Shown here: one piece after another, positions 33,891 to 46,712 of the stretch
Numbering within the stretch: position 1 is the stretch's first letter
Layout: the number at the start of each line of letters is the position of its first letter
Virus record (IMG/VR): IMGVR_UViG_3300037502_003770
Location: 62,001 to 126,000 of that record
Strand: one strand, 5' to 3'
DNA length: 64,000 nucleotides
The notes under the pieces: generated by a model
Told to the model about the DNA's origin: nothing
The model's input: only the letters and a program-made list of their open reading frames with translations
Database searches by the model: none
Position numbers and translations under genes: made by a program

Positions 33891-34943
33891 ATGAGTACTT
33901 TTAAAGTATCAAAAGAAATAATTGAAATTTTCCCACATCCAAATGCTGATAGTTTAGAAATTGGTAAAGTAGGAACTAGACAAGTGGTAGTTCAAAAAGG
34001 TTTATACCAAACAGGTAATGAGGTTATATTTGCACCAAGCAAATCAGTTTTACCTGAAGGGAGAATTAAAACTGAATTTAAAGATTATCTTGTTGGTGAT
34101 AATAAAGATAGAGTATCATCTATTCATTTAAGAAATGAACTTTCTGACGGAATTATTATCCCAAAAGAATTAATTGATTTTGATTTAGATACTGTTTCTA
34201 TTGGTGAAGATATTTCTCAGAGATTAGGAATATATAAATATGAAAAAAAGATTCCCGAAGAGCTTCTTCCTTTTGTAAAAAATATTGATTTTCCAAATTA
34301 TTACAAACACGATTGTGAACAATTTAGAATTTATTCATCTCAATTAGCAGACGATGAACAAATTTCAATAGAAGAAAAAATACATGGTACACAAGTTACA
34401 GCTTTTTATGACTTTGATGTAGAAGATGGGTTTGTTTCAAGTAAAGGTTTACTTGATGATGGATTCTGTTTTATTAAGTCTGAAGGTTTTCAATTTGATT
34501 ATATTAAGGCTGTTAATAATACTGGGATATTTGAATTAATTAAAAAACATTTTTCTACAGGACAAGTTCAAGTCTTTGGAGAAGGTATTCCAGTATTTAG
34601 TGGTTTTAATTATGGTTTAAATTCTGATACTAAAAGAGTTTTACTGTTTGATGTTTTTCATAATGGAAAAAGAATTCCTTATAATGATTTACATCAAGAT
34701 TTTAAAGATATTTGGGTTCCTGTTTTCTACATTGGAAAAATTAAATTTGATGAGGAAAGAAATCTTTCCAAAGAATTAGTAGATTTTCGTTCAGGAAAAG
34801 AAACAGTTTCAGGAAAATCTTTACATATTAAAGAAGGTATTGTGATTAGAACAATCGAATACAAAAGAGCTTTCGATAACACAAAACTTATTCTTAAATT
34901 AATAAATCCAAAGTATAAAGAAAGCGGAGAAGAAACTAACTAA
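33891..34943 (+). CDS. ATP-dependent RNA ligase (DRB0094/Rnl2-like)
   Basis: N-terminal PHPNADSLE; motif I EKIHGT, FGE, LFDV, EGIVIR, LKLINPKY. Confidence 0.9.
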   Translation: MSTFKVSKEIIEIFPHPNADSLEIGKVGTRQVVVQKGLYQTGNEVIFAPSKSVLPEGRIKTEFKDYLVGDNKDRVSSIHLRNELSDGIIIPKELIDFDLDTVSIGEDISQRLGIYKYEKKIPEELLPFVKNIDFPNYYKHDCEQFRIYSSQLADDEQISIEEKIHGTQVTAFYDFDVEDGFVSSKGLLDDGFCFIKSEGFQFDYIKAVNNTGIFELIKKHFSTGQVQVFGEGIPVFSGFNYGLNSDTKRVLLFDVFHNGKRIPYNDLHQDFKDIWVPVFYIGKIKFDEERNLSKELVDFRSGKETVSGKSLHIKEGIVIRTIEYKRAFDNTKLILKLINPKYKESGEETN

Positions 34944-34981
34944 AAAAATATTAGAAAATTTAAGCGTGAAAACTGATTTTT

Positions 34982-35044
34982 AAAACCTATTTTCTTTGAG
35001 GATAGGTTTTTCTTTTAACAAAAGTTTACTTTTAAAGTAATATT
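34982..35044 (+). promoter_or_regulatory. Terminator hairpin followed by phage promoter
   Basis: aaaacctat...ataggtttt, then TTAACA-N16-GTAATATT. Confidence 0.65.
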
Positions 35045-35069
35045 AATACAAACTAATTTTATTTCCTTT

Positions 35070-36035
35070 ATGAAAAACCCTTTCTTAGATAAACTTTCTT
35101 CTGAAAAAAATTCTTTTATATTAGATAATTTAAAATCTAAATTAAAAGAATTAAATATTTCTCATAAGGAGTTGGCTACTAGAATGGGTTACGAAAATCC
35201 TAAAAATTTATACCCTAAACTTAGAGGTGAGACTTTATTAAATGTAAAAGATATAACAGCTTTTAATATGGTTTTACCTAAAAAAGATAAACTTCTTTTA
35301 AATGAAGGTTATTCTTTAGAAAATGATTCTTTTTTTCATAATATTGAAAAGAATATATGTAAAGAAATTCAAAGATTTTTTATTTCACAGTTAAATAATC
35401 AAAATGAAATAAGTTTTTATTTTGTAAATTATCTTGATTTAAGACATTGGGATTCCACCGAAGGACCGCAACCTAATATTAAATTTATATTTAAAAATCC
35501 TAAAAATAATAAACTTTATTATATTAAAGAAAGTTATCGTGATTATAAAGATGAACCTATTCAGGTAGATGAATTTACAATTGGTTTAATTGAAAAGAAT
35601 TACGATATATTCTTTAAATATTGTAAAGATAATACAAATAAAGAAAGGTCAGCTCACTATTGGAATAGTAAAGGTGAACCAGTAGAAAAGAAATATGAAG
35701 ATAAATCAGTTGTTTCAGAATATTGTTTTGAATATTTTAAAGACAATATTGATAAAACAAGAAAGATAAATCTTTTAATAGAAGGAAATTCTTCGTATGA
35801 TTTTGAATTTTATCAGCACATACTCTTCAATACAGAAGAAGGTGAAGATTATTTTGAATCTCGAAAAAAACATGGTTATTCAACAGACTATGATGAACTA
35901 TTAAGTTGTTATTTAATTGCAAAAGATTTTGTTGATGAATTTAACCCAAGAGCAAAGAATAAAAATCTTTTCTTAAAAGAGTATGAATTTTACACAGTAA
36001 AAAACATTCTTAAAAAAGAAAAAACTTTAGAATAA
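35070..36035 (+). CDS. XRE/Cro-type HTH domain protein
   Basis: LKELNISHKELATRMGY...LYPKLRG. Confidence 0.65.
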   Translation: MKNPFLDKLSSEKNSFILDNLKSKLKELNISHKELATRMGYENPKNLYPKLRGETLLNVKDITAFNMVLPKKDKLLLNEGYSLENDSFFHNIEKNICKEIQRFFISQLNNQNEISFYFVNYLDLRHWDSTEGPQPNIKFIFKNPKNNKLYYIKESYRDYKDEPIQVDEFTIGLIEKNYDIFFKYCKDNTNKERSAHYWNSKGEPVEKKYEDKSVVSEYCFEYFKDNIDKTRKINLLIEGNSSYDFEFYQHILFNTEEGEDYFESRKKHGYSTDYDELLSCYLIAKDFVDEFNPRAKNKNLFLKEYEFYTVKNILKKEKTLE

Positions 36036-36110
36036 AAAGAATTTTTAACAAAATATATTTCTTTTAGTATTATAACCACAATTAATGTTCAACTTAAATT
36101 TCTAATAAAA

Positions 36111-36794
36111 ATGTTTCAACCTAAAACAACATCATTCCAAAAAAATTCTAATCCTTCAAAAGAAAGAATTTATTCAGTACCAGTTTCTTACCTTAAAGAA
36201 GGTAGCAACATCATTTTAAAACCTTATATGTTTGAAAGAGGTTGCGATGGTAATAATGTTACAATTGTTTGTGATGGTAATGGTAATCAAAAACCTTTGA
36301 TTCCATCAAATATTTCACCTACTGTAGAAAATGGTTTTATCAGAGCCAAAGTAGGTGTAAGACAAGGTGATTTAGTTATCAATGCTGTAATAACAGAAGA
36401 TAATGAGACTAAAATATTTATTACTAGAATTACTGATATTAATATTAGTACATTAGATTCACAACCTAAAGCTAATATTAAAACAAAATTATTAGCTAAA
36501 TGGTCTAAGAATTTTGAAACAAATAAATATTCTTGGTTTTGTTCAAAAAGAACAATTGACCCTCAATTTGCAAATGCTATTATTGCAGCAGTAGCAGCCC
36601 TAGAAGCTAACCAACTTAACGTGCCTATATTCGTTATAGATAACCAAGGTTTGATGCTCACACCATGCTCACAAGGTGTTATTACAAAAGAAACAGAAGA
36701 TAATCTATATAATAGATATATTCAACCATTTCTTTCAAAAGAAGAAGATTTTATTGAAGAAGATACAAATTCTTCAGTAATTAAAAACTATTAA
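36111..36794 (+). CDS. Hypothetical protein
   Basis: 227-aa ORF with its own promoter (36045-36074). Confidence 0.6.
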   Translation: MFQPKTTSFQKNSNPSKERIYSVPVSYLKEGSNIILKPYMFERGCDGNNVTIVCDGNGNQKPLIPSNISPTVENGFIRAKVGVRQGDLVINAVITEDNETKIFITRITDINISTLDSQPKANIKTKLLAKWSKNFETNKYSWFCSKRTIDPQFANAIIAAVAALEANQLNVPIFVIDNQGLMLTPCSQGVITKETEDNLYNRYIQPFLSKEEDFIEEDTNSSVIKNY

Positions 36795-36904
36795 TAATTA
36801 ACTTTCCTTCACAGACAAATCCCCTTTCTAAAAGAATAGTACCCTTTTTAGGGTGTTGAAATTTTCTAAAAGAATATTTATTTTTAAGGAAAGGGAATTT
36901 TTTT

Positions 36905-36946
36905 AAGACTTCTTTTTTAACAGAAAGAAGTCTTTTTTGTATTATA
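36905..36946 (+). promoter_or_regulatory. Hairpin-promoter cassette (copy 1)
   Basis: AAGACTTCTTT-TTAACA-GAAAGAAGTCTT...GTATTATA. Confidence 0.75.
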
Positions 36947-36977
36947 ATTAAACCTTTAAAAAAATCTTTTCTTTAAT

Positions 36978-37373
36978 ATGTCAGCATTTGAAATATTCTC
37001 AATCTTTACATCTATTATAATAACAAGTTGCTTTTTAGTTACTTGGAATATTATTAATTATTGTAAGAATTTTGTTGATAAATATAATAAAGATTACAAT
37101 AATCTTGTAGATGATTATAATTCTTTACTTAAAGAACATAAACAAAATATTGAAGACTATAATTTTCTTTTAAATGATGTAAATGAAAACCATATATTTA
37201 AATATAATATGATGGTTGATAAATATAATGATTTATTACTTGAAACAAAACTTCTTAAAGAAGAACCTAAAGAAGTACATTTAAATTTTTTACTTGAGAA
37301 AGTTTCTTTATTAGGAGAAGAATCTTTAACTGAAAAACAAAAATTATATTTAAAAAAGTTTTCTTTAAAATGA
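36978..37373 (+). CDS. Membrane-anchored coiled-coil protein with DUF6576-like C-terminus
   Basis: N-terminal TM; YN-x-LL heptads; LLEKVSLLGEESLTEKQKLYL. Confidence 0.5.
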   Translation: MSAFEIFSIFTSIIITSCFLVTWNIINYCKNFVDKYNKDYNNLVDDYNSLLKEHKQNIEDYNFLLNDVNENHIFKYNMMVDKYNDLLLETKLLKEEPKEVHLNFLLEKVSLLGEESLTEKQKLYLKKFSLK

Positions 37374-38741
37374 TACAAATTTTTAATAATAATTTTATTT
37401 ACTATGAAAGTAGTAATTTTAAAAAATGTTTAAATTTTTATTTAGGTAATCTTATTTTTATAGATACAGGATTATTATATAATAAAAGTTTTATTTATGA
37501 AGTATATAAACTTTTAGATTTAAAATATATATTAAAAGATTTAAACTATAAACATAAAAGTAGAATTAAGACATTTACTCAATATTGTTATAATTTTAAT
37601 AACGATAATAAACCTTATTTATGAGAATAAAAATATTTAATAATAATCTTTTTTATTTTGAATTAAATTCTAATAATAAAGATTACTACTATTCAAATAT
37701 AAAAATTATTGATATTGGTTTTCTTTTAAATAAAGAATTTTTATTTGAACTTTATCAAGTTATAAGAAGCGATTCTTCTATTCAATTAACAACTTTTAAT
37801 ATTCATTATTTATATGATAAATGTAGATTTTTTATTGATTTTAATTTAGAATATAATTTAAATGATAACCCATACCTTTATTTATGAAAATTTTTATCTT
37901 TAAAGAAAACTTGTTTTATTGTGAGTGTTATACCCCTTTTAGATTTGGTAGTCATATTATATTTTTATATATAAATTCTTATTTTATTGAAACAAATGAT
38001 TTAAATATAGTGTATCATTTTGATAATACTTTTGAATATTCAATACGTTTTAATTTAAAACCTTTTGACAAAACAAATGATAATATAAATCAGTTATTTC
38101 TTATTTTAAAATATGCTTCTAAAAGTAGAAGTGTAATTTTTTCAAAAAAAGAATCTTATTATTACAAAACGAAATGAGAATATTAATCTTTAATAACTAT
38201 ATGTATTATTTTGAATTTTTTCATACGCACAGTACATATTACAAAAATCCATTATATTTATATATAAATTCTTATTTTCTTGAGACAAGTAATATTGATA
38301 TTTATTATTATCTAGTAAAATATTTTGAATATAGTATTGTATTTTTTAGATATAAAAAATCACTTGAAAATATAAAAGATTTATTTTTAAAATTAAAATT
38401 TGAATATAATACTTTTGAATCCATACCTTTCTTTTATAAAAAACGAAATGAAAATATTAATCTTTAATAACAATTTGTTTTATTTAGAAAATGATTTTCA
38501 ATTCTATGAAACATTCTTATTGATAAATTCTAAAATAATTGAAACTAACAAGCTTATAACAATATTTTTATTTGTTAAACGAGATAATAAGAATTTACAA
38601 ACAGTATATAATTTTTGTAATATATCTTTAAATGTATTGTATGAAGTTGCAATGGAATATTACAAAATTAATGTTTTAAATAAACCTTTAACTTCAAGTG
38701 GTATAGCTTATAAACCTTTCTTTTATAAAAAACGAACATGA
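37370..38741 (+). repeat. Five tandem YxE-leader ORFs (37370,37621,37884,38174,38448)
   Basis: MxIxIFNNNxxYxE leaders; ATGA-type overlaps. Confidence 0.75.
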
Positions 38742-39277
38742 ACACTAACAAATACTTAATAGTTGGGTTGGGCAATCCTGAAGATAAACATAGATTCAAT
38801 AGACATAATATTGGATATAGAGTTGCTGATAAGTTTGCAAAACATTATCAAGGAAAAGAATTTAAACATTACAGTAAAAACTCTTTACTTTCAAAAGTAA
38901 ATTTTTCTGATAAGGAAATATATGTTTTAAAACCATTAACTTATATGAACTTATCAGGTCTTGCAGTAAAAGAAATTATTAAAGATTTTGATATTCCTTT
39001 AGAAAATGTTTTAATTATAACAGATGATATTTCTTTAGATTTTGGTAAACTAAGATTAAGAAATAAAGGAAGTGCTGGTGGTCACAATGGTTTAAAAAAC
39101 ATTGAAAAAGAATTACAAACTGATGAGTATTCTCGTCTTAAAATAGGTATTGGTTCAGACTTTAAAAAAGGTGAACTAATTGATTTTGTACTAGGTAATT
39201 TTACAATGGAAGAAGAACTTGGTTTATCTTTAATTCATCTTGAATCTTTTAAAATAATTGAAAACTTTATTAACTAA
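38738..39277 (+). CDS. pth: Peptidyl-tRNA hydrolase
   Basis: LIVGLGNP, RHNIG, KPLTYMNLSG, GSAGGHNGLK, RLKIGIG. Confidence 0.96.
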   Translation: MNTNKYLIVGLGNPEDKHRFNRHNIGYRVADKFAKHYQGKEFKHYSKNSLLSKVNFSDKEIYVLKPLTYMNLSGLAVKEIIKDFDIPLENVLIITDDISLDFGKLRLRNKGSAGGHNGLKNIEKELQTDEYSRLKIGIGSDFKKGELIDFVLGNFTMEEELGLSLIHLESFKIIENFIN

Positions 39278-40004
39278 AAATATGTATATAATCACTTCTT
39301 ATTACTTTTCAATATTATTAGTTCTATTCATAATAGTAACTGTTTTATTTAAACCTTCTTTATTTAAAAGGTTTATTATATTGTACTTTAAATTGTTTGG
39401 TATTGATTATTATGATAATTATTATGATTTTGAAAAATTTTTTATATGGATAGCTTTAGTACTTTTCATATTATTACCTTTTATTGCAATACCATTAATA
39501 TTACTTATTTTATTTATTGGAAGAATAATTAAAATATTAAAAAATTAACTTTCTTTAAGAAAAAATATATTATTAAAAGAAACTAAACTTTAAAAGAAAT
39601 GGAAAACGCTTTAAACGCTATAATTCTTGATAAACTATTAGCGAAAACAGCAAACAATGTTAGTATTAATAATAGTGTTGAAACTTTTCTTTTTAAAAGA
39701 AAGGAGTTTTTAAATAAATATCCATTAGACTGGAAAATATCTAATACAAAAGAAGAAATCGTAATGGTATCTACCTGTCCTTTTAGTAATAAAATTTTTA
39801 AAATTGAAGGTTATCGACATAAACTCGAATACATATTAAAATTATTTTTAAACGGTCAAGAAATACATAAAGATAGTAAATATATTGAATTTAAAAACAC
39901 TCGTGATAAAATAGATTTACTAAATGAATTTAATGAACAATATGAAAAAAGTAAAACTGATATACTTTCTTTAGCCGAATCTTTAAGATAAAAAATAACC
40001 TTTT

Positions 40005-42457
40005 ATGCAAATAGAAATTTTTCTTGATTATGGTTTTTATTTGGAAAAAAATTATTCTTTTCCCAAACTTAAAAAACTTTTAATTAATATAATCAATCTA
40101 AGAGATAATGAAGAAAATTTTAAATCATTAAAAGAACCTGTAGATTATTTTCTTTGTAATAGCAATTTTCAAAGAGTTGAAAGAAATTATGATGGTGAAC
40201 CAATATTTACACATGTCGTTAGATATGAGTATTTACTTAGAAATTATGATTTTCAAAAGACAAAATTTTATATACCATTTGTTTCTAAATTACTTGAAAA
40301 ACAAAGTTATTTAATTGAATATATACCAACTCATTTAATAAGTTTTCCTTTTCAAGAAAAAGCTATTTCAGTAGACCCTTTTTTAATAAGATTAATTAAA
40401 ACTAATAATGAAAACTATTATTCTTTAGTAAAAACCGCTTATTTAAAAGATAAAAATATTATTAGGTTATTACAGATTCCAAAAGAATATAAAGAACAAT
40501 TAAAAAAAGATTTTCCTAATGAAAATTAACTCTTTAAAAAAGAATCTATAATATAAAAAAAAAATAAGTTAATTCTATGATGCCTTTAGAAGAAAGAAAA
40601 GCTGCTTTAGAAAAGTGGAAAGCACATTTAGATACTTTATCTACTGAAGAAGTTGATAATTTAATGAAACCAATTTTTGATAGAGTAGAAGAATTAAAAA
40701 TGCTTGATTTTATTTTTAAAATAGCTACTTTCTTAAATGAAAATAAATTTCTTTGTTTAAAATTTGAAATTATTGATGGTAAAATTGATAATCATTTAAA
40801 TTTTAATGATAGTGAGTATATCGTTCAATATCATGATAATTATTTATTAGGTGACGATAATATTGAAATTCATGATAATATACTTTCAAAAGAAAGGGAA
40901 ATATTATTAAGACAATTTTCTCTTGAATTATTTATGTCTTTTAAAGATGAAATCAAATTATTATCGCAAAATAGTAAACATTGTATTGTCTATGTTACTG
41001 ATGATATTGACTACTTAAATTATTATGTTTATAAATCTGAAACAAAAGAATCTTTTATTGAAAAAGTTGTTTCTTTTTTAAATAAATATGATTTAAAACA
41101 AATTCAGTTTGATTTATTAGTTTATTCACCATATAGAGAATATAAAAATATTTTCTTTACAAGAAATGATGGTTATATTTTTAAAGATGATTTTTCAATG
41201 CCGAAAGAATTAAAAGAAAATGAAGACTTTATTGAATTTTTAGAATACTTTTGTTCAGATATAACTCATGAGTTTATAAATGGTATTTTTAACATGAATT
41301 TACTCGTAACAATTGATAATCAAGGTAATATAAGTGAAAGTGATTTACCAGATAATTATGAGTTAGAACCTTTAAAAAGAGCTTATAAATTTGATAATAA
41401 ATATTTTTTTAATGAGAATAGAAATTCTAACTGATTATTTTGTTTATTTGGAATCACAAAAACCAATATTTAATTTTGGTTTTGGAACAGAAATTTATAT
41501 CGACACTTTTTATTGTAATCAATATACCTACAAATTTAAGTTTAATAAAAATATTGATTATTATAGTATAGCAATGCACTTATTAAAATATAGTGTCTAT
41601 CAAAATAAAAAGTTTTATAATATGTTATGTTTATCATGTATTATGTCTAATAGATTTAATGCTTTATCATATGTACCTAAACCTTTAAGAAGTTATGAAT
41701 TATGTTTAGAATCCATTAAAATGAATCCTTTTACTATTGAATTTGTACCAATTATAACAAAAAATTATTATTCTTTAGTAAAGTACGCTTTTGAAGGGAT
41801 GAAAAAATATGTAGATAATCCGTTATTTAGATTAAAACAATATGGGGTACCAGATGAGTATGTTCATAAAATAAAAATAGATTTTTTATTATGAGAATAG
41901 GTATTTATAACAATGAATTCATTTATTTTGAAAGTTCTCAATATCATATATTTGAATCTTTTCTTTTTAATAGAAATAATAACAATTTATTAAATATTGA
42001 TAGTGAAGCAATTTTATATTACTTTAAAATCTTTAGTGAATATGAAGATTTTTATTTAACAGATTTATATTATTTTTTTACAAAAAAAGTCTTTTCTTTA
42101 AAATTTGATATGTATTTTGAAGATTTTAAAGTTGGATTTTTATTTGATTATGTAAATAAAAATATTTTAAATAAAGAATTATTGTCAGTTTTAATAAATA
42201 ATTACCCAAAACTAGTTTTTAAAATAAAATATAATCAAGTTTATAGTTATTATTCTTTATTGAAAGAAGCTTTTATTAAAGATAATACTATTATAAAACA
42301 TTATAGATTTAAAAATTTACCAAAAAAATATAAAATTCGTTTATATAAAGAATTTAAAAATATTTTAGATAATAAAGAATTTAAAGATTTTTTATATGAT
42401 AGATATTGGTTTAATATAAAGACAACATACAATTTTAAACAAATCATTCTAACATAA
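40005..42457 (+). repeat. YxE-leader DUF4116-like ORFs at 40005, 41412, 41891 (unrelated ORF 40577 between)
   Basis: Leaders plus shared NYYSLVKxA / YYSLLKEA. Confidence 0.6.
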
Positions 42458-43235
42458 AACAACTTTATTCATATATAGATAAAGAACTTGAAAATATAGA
42501 GTTTTTATAAAACCTTAAAAAATAATGAAAACAATTAAAGAATTAGAACAGGAAAGAGAAAAAATGCTAAATGAAAAAAATAGTTTCATTTTTTGTCTCA
42601 CTTTGTAAAAAAATACCAAATACGCAAAGAATCACCTTACAAAGAGATATTCTTAAACCAAATGATAAAAAATGATTGATACTATCACAGAAAAACTCTT
42701 TACTCAATTAAGTAAAGAAGATAAAATAAACTTTATATCAGAAAAAAATAAGTTTATTCAAAATTGTGGTCTTATCGGAAAAAGACATTATTTTGAATAT
42801 ATTAAAAATCTTTATAATAAATATAAAGTATTAATCTAATATGAACAATACACCACTAACTGATGCTTTAAAAAAACATAGGAAAGAAATAGGTGAAGAA
42901 GCTTTTACTAAAGAAATAAATTCTTTCTTTGGAAATAAAGAAACTTCACAAGAACAAATGAAAGTATCTGAACTGATAGATAGTTTTAAGAATCAACCTA
43001 ATGAACACATCTCAACTAATTAAATAAGTTTATGGAAAGTTTAGAAGATTACAGGAGAAGATTAACTCCAGAACAACAATTAAGTTTTGATTTACAAAGA
43101 AGTGCTTTTATGCAAGGTCATAGAGTTTCTGTTGAACGCAAAAAGCAAAAAATGATGAGAAACATGTTAGAGTATATTAATTCTAATCAAGATATCATTT
43201 TACCTTTCGATAAAAACAATAAAAAATAATTTTTT

Positions 43236-43409
43236 ATGAAACAAGAATCCGTTCAAGAAATATTATTATTTCTTTTAGTAATATTTGTTTTTCTTGTGTT
43301 TCTTTTCTGTAAGTTATTTATGGCAACAGAAATACAAAACTGGTCTTGGTGGGGTGTAACTTCTCCATTATGGATTTACTTTCTTATTAAAGGTATAAGC
43401 ATTGACTAA
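43236..43409 (+). CDS. 57-aa membrane protein (WSWWxVxSPLW motif, Tmemb_185A-like phage family)
   Basis: Not in ORF track; FVFLVFLFCKL...NWSWWGVTSPLW. Confidence 0.6.
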   Translation: MKQESVQEILLFLLVIFVFLVFLFCKLFMATEIQNWSWWGVTSPLWIYFLIKGISID

Positions 43410-46219
43410 TGAAAACAATAGAACAGTTATTTCAAGAAAGAATAAATTCTTTTATTGAAAATAAGGTTTTAAGAAGATATGAAATTCAAGCGATAAAAAA
43501 TGAGTATTTTTCTATTTATTTACCTATTTTACCAAAATTCAATATTATTAAAACGTATTTTCTACCCTTTAGAATATCAAATTATAATATTCGTTGCGTA
43601 AGTGAAGAATATCATGAATTTAATATAGATATTCCTTTCAGAAATAAGATTTATAAAATAAAATTACCAAGTTAACAAAAAAAGAAATTATGTCAAACAA
43701 AATAAGACAATATACTTCAGAAGAAGTTCAATATATGATGAACCCTTTTGTTGAATTTATAATAAAAGGTAATTTGTTATATATGATAACTAAACAGTTA
43801 GATTATAGTAGTATTTATATATATGAGGCACGTGACCAAGATATTTTAGATGAAATAAAAGATGATATAACAAATGATATTGACTATTTAGTATCTTATA
43901 TTCCTGATATAGTTGGTACACATTTAAATGAATTAAATTGTGAATTAATCTTTAACAAAGATAGTCTAACTGGAGACCCATTTACTGAATTAAAAAACAA
44001 ATATTCACTTTAAAATATGTCTCTTCCCAAAGAAATAATTCTTTCTAAAATAAAAAGTTCTTTTTTAAAAGCACGTAATAATGGTGCTTTTATATTTTAT
44101 TATACAGCTTTACTTGGTTACAGACTAGAGTTTTATTCTAAAAAAGATATTCAATATTATTTTCTACCTTTTAAAATAACCTTTCATCATTCATTTTATA
44201 ATGATGATAATGAGGTAACAATTTATTTTAAAGGTGTGGAATACACATTTAATGTTATTACAAAAAAATTAACTATATATGAAAAAAAATAATTCTTTTC
44301 TTGAAGAAAAGTTTTTGTTAAGATTTACAAATTATATTAATGAAATTGAAACTGATGGTTTAAATATAATAGAAGAAATAGAATATAATTCTTTTAGATA
44401 TTTTTTACCATTTAAAATACAATCTGAAGTTGTTTGCTTATTTGGTAATTTTTATTTTGATATTACATTTTCAAATAAGACATATAGATACGATTTTCAA
44501 ACAAGAGAAATAGAAGTTTTTGATGAATAAAACTAAAACAATAATTATTTCTAAAAAAATAAGTTATTCTTTCTTTAAAGAAAGACTGAATAAATTGGTG
44601 AATATTGATAAAAAATTTACTTCAGATGATTTTATTTATTATACTAATAAAATTTATGGTATTCAACGTCATCATATCAATATAATAAAATATTATTTAT
44701 TACCGTTTAATATATATATTTCTACTATATCAGAAGAAAATCGATTAATAGTATTTTCTTTTAGAGGTATCAAGTATACATATAATATGGAAACAAATCA
44801 CCTTAAAAAATAAACATATGGTTTATACATTAGATATTTAGATGATGAATAAAACTAAAACAATTATTATTTCTAAAAAAATAACTTATTCTTTCTTTAA
44901 GGAAAGACTGAATAAATTGGTGAATATTGATAAAAAATTTACTTTAGATGATTTAGTTTGGTTAAGTTCAAGAACAGGTGGTCATACTATCCATTCTATT
45001 CCATATCGACATATTAAAATGATAGAATATTATTTATTACCATTTAAAATATATTTATTATATATATCTGAAAATTATTTAATACAATTTTATTTTAGAG
45101 GTGTTAAATATACTTATAATATGAAAACAAATCATCTTAAAAGAAATCCTTATGTTTTATAAAAAATATTCTTTTGAAAAAGAAATCTTACTTAAATTTA
45201 ATAAATTAATTGATGAATTAAAATTTACTGGTGAGATAAATCATGTTTTTGGGTTTGATAATTTTCATTATGTTTATTATTTAAAAGATGAAGTAGTAAA
45301 AAAATTAAGAAAAGAATTATTACCATTTAAAATAAAAATTCCATTAGGTTTTAGATATACAGATTCAATATATTTTCATTTTAGAAAGAAAATATATAAA
45401 TATAATATTAAAGAAAATATTTTTAATACTTTAGATATTTAAATAATGAATAAAACGATAGAACAACTTTTTCAAAAGAAAGTAGATTCTTTTAAAGAAA
45501 AAAATGTTTTAGAAAGTACGGATGATTGGTGTAAAGAAAATCTTATTCATTTAATAATTTTACTTGATATTAAAAAAATTAAAAATTATTTTCTACCTTT
45601 TAAAATTGAAGTACTAGACTTTACAGCATATACTGACCAAGTTATAATTATTTTTAATAATAAAAGATATACTATTAAAATAAATGATGAATAAAATAGA
45701 ACAACTCTTTCAGAATAAAGTAGATTCTTTTAATAAACTTTCATTTTCTGAAAGAAGTAGTTACTTTAATAAATATTCTTTTTTTGGTGGTTATAAACGT
45801 GATTATATTATAGCTGTTAATACAGTAAATAAATTACAAAGATATTTCTTACCTTTTAAAGTAAATATAATTACAAAATATAGGTCAAGATGTAACATTA
45901 TATTATATTTTAATAATAAAGAATATAAATTAAAAACACCTAAATAATGAATAAAACAATAGAACAGTTATTTGAAGAAAGATTTTATTATTTTATTGAA
46001 AATAAAATACTCACAAATCAAGATATAAATATTTGTTTACCAGATAAAGAATATTACTTTTGTTTACCTTGCATATCTAAAATTCATATAATTGAAGAAT
46101 ATTTCATACCTTTCAGAACAACATATTTAATTAACTGTTTAGATAGAGAAAAGCATCTTTTTCGGTTAATGATTTATTTTAGAGGTACGCTTTATAGTGG
46201 AAATCTTCTTTCAGAATAA
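43409..46219 (+). repeat. Nine tandem 'YFLPF' paralogs (43409,44017,44279,44520,44842,45152,45446,45684,45947)
   Basis: Conserved (Y)(F/L)(L/I)PF(K/R/N)x and F-x-x-x-x-Y; several begin M(N)KTIEQLF. Confidence 0.8.
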
Positions 46220-46230
46220 ACATATCTTTT

Positions 46231-46294
46231 TTAACAGAAAGAATTCTTTTTTGTAATATAAATCAAACTAAACAAAAAAATTAAATTCCTTATG
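46231..46294 (+). promoter_or_regulatory. Promoter/leader direct repeat, near-identical to 46652-46715
   Basis: ttaacagaaagaa(t/g)tctttttt(t)gtaatataaatcaaactaaacaaaaaaa...ttccttATG brackets ORF 46292-46627. Confidence 0.8.
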
Positions 46295-46636
46295 TTATTG
46301 ATAACAGTTTTGCTTTTATTTGTAATAAGTTTCATTATCACTAAAAAGTTTAAATATAAAAAGGAATCATTAATATTTACAGTACTAACTGAGAATGAAG
46401 AATTATCACTAATTAATAATATTGTAAATAATTTAACACCTGAAGAATGTAGAAATGAAGATGTATTTCATTATACTGTTCGTGGAAAACTTTTTAAGAG
46501 TAGAGGTGGTGCGATAAAATACTTTCAAAGTAGTTGTATCACATCTGATAAACTGTCAAGTATATTAAAAAATTTATACGAATCACCAAAAATTCAACAA
46601 AGAGCTAAATACTCTTTATATAAATAAATACATTTT

Positions 46637-46682
46637 AAAAAGACTTCTTTTTTAACAGAAAGAAGTCTTTTTTTGTAATATA
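46637..46682 (+). promoter_or_regulatory. Hairpin-promoter cassette
   Basis: AAAAAGACTTCTTT-TTAACA-GAAAGAAGTCTTTTT-GTAATATA. Confidence 0.8.
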
Positions 46683-46712
46683 AATCAAACTAAACAAAAA
46701 AATAAATTCCTT

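Noticed and set aside
36805-36900. Possible ncRNA in nested imperfect inverted repeats
   Set aside because: AT-rich and imperfect; more simply explained as degenerate terminator sequence
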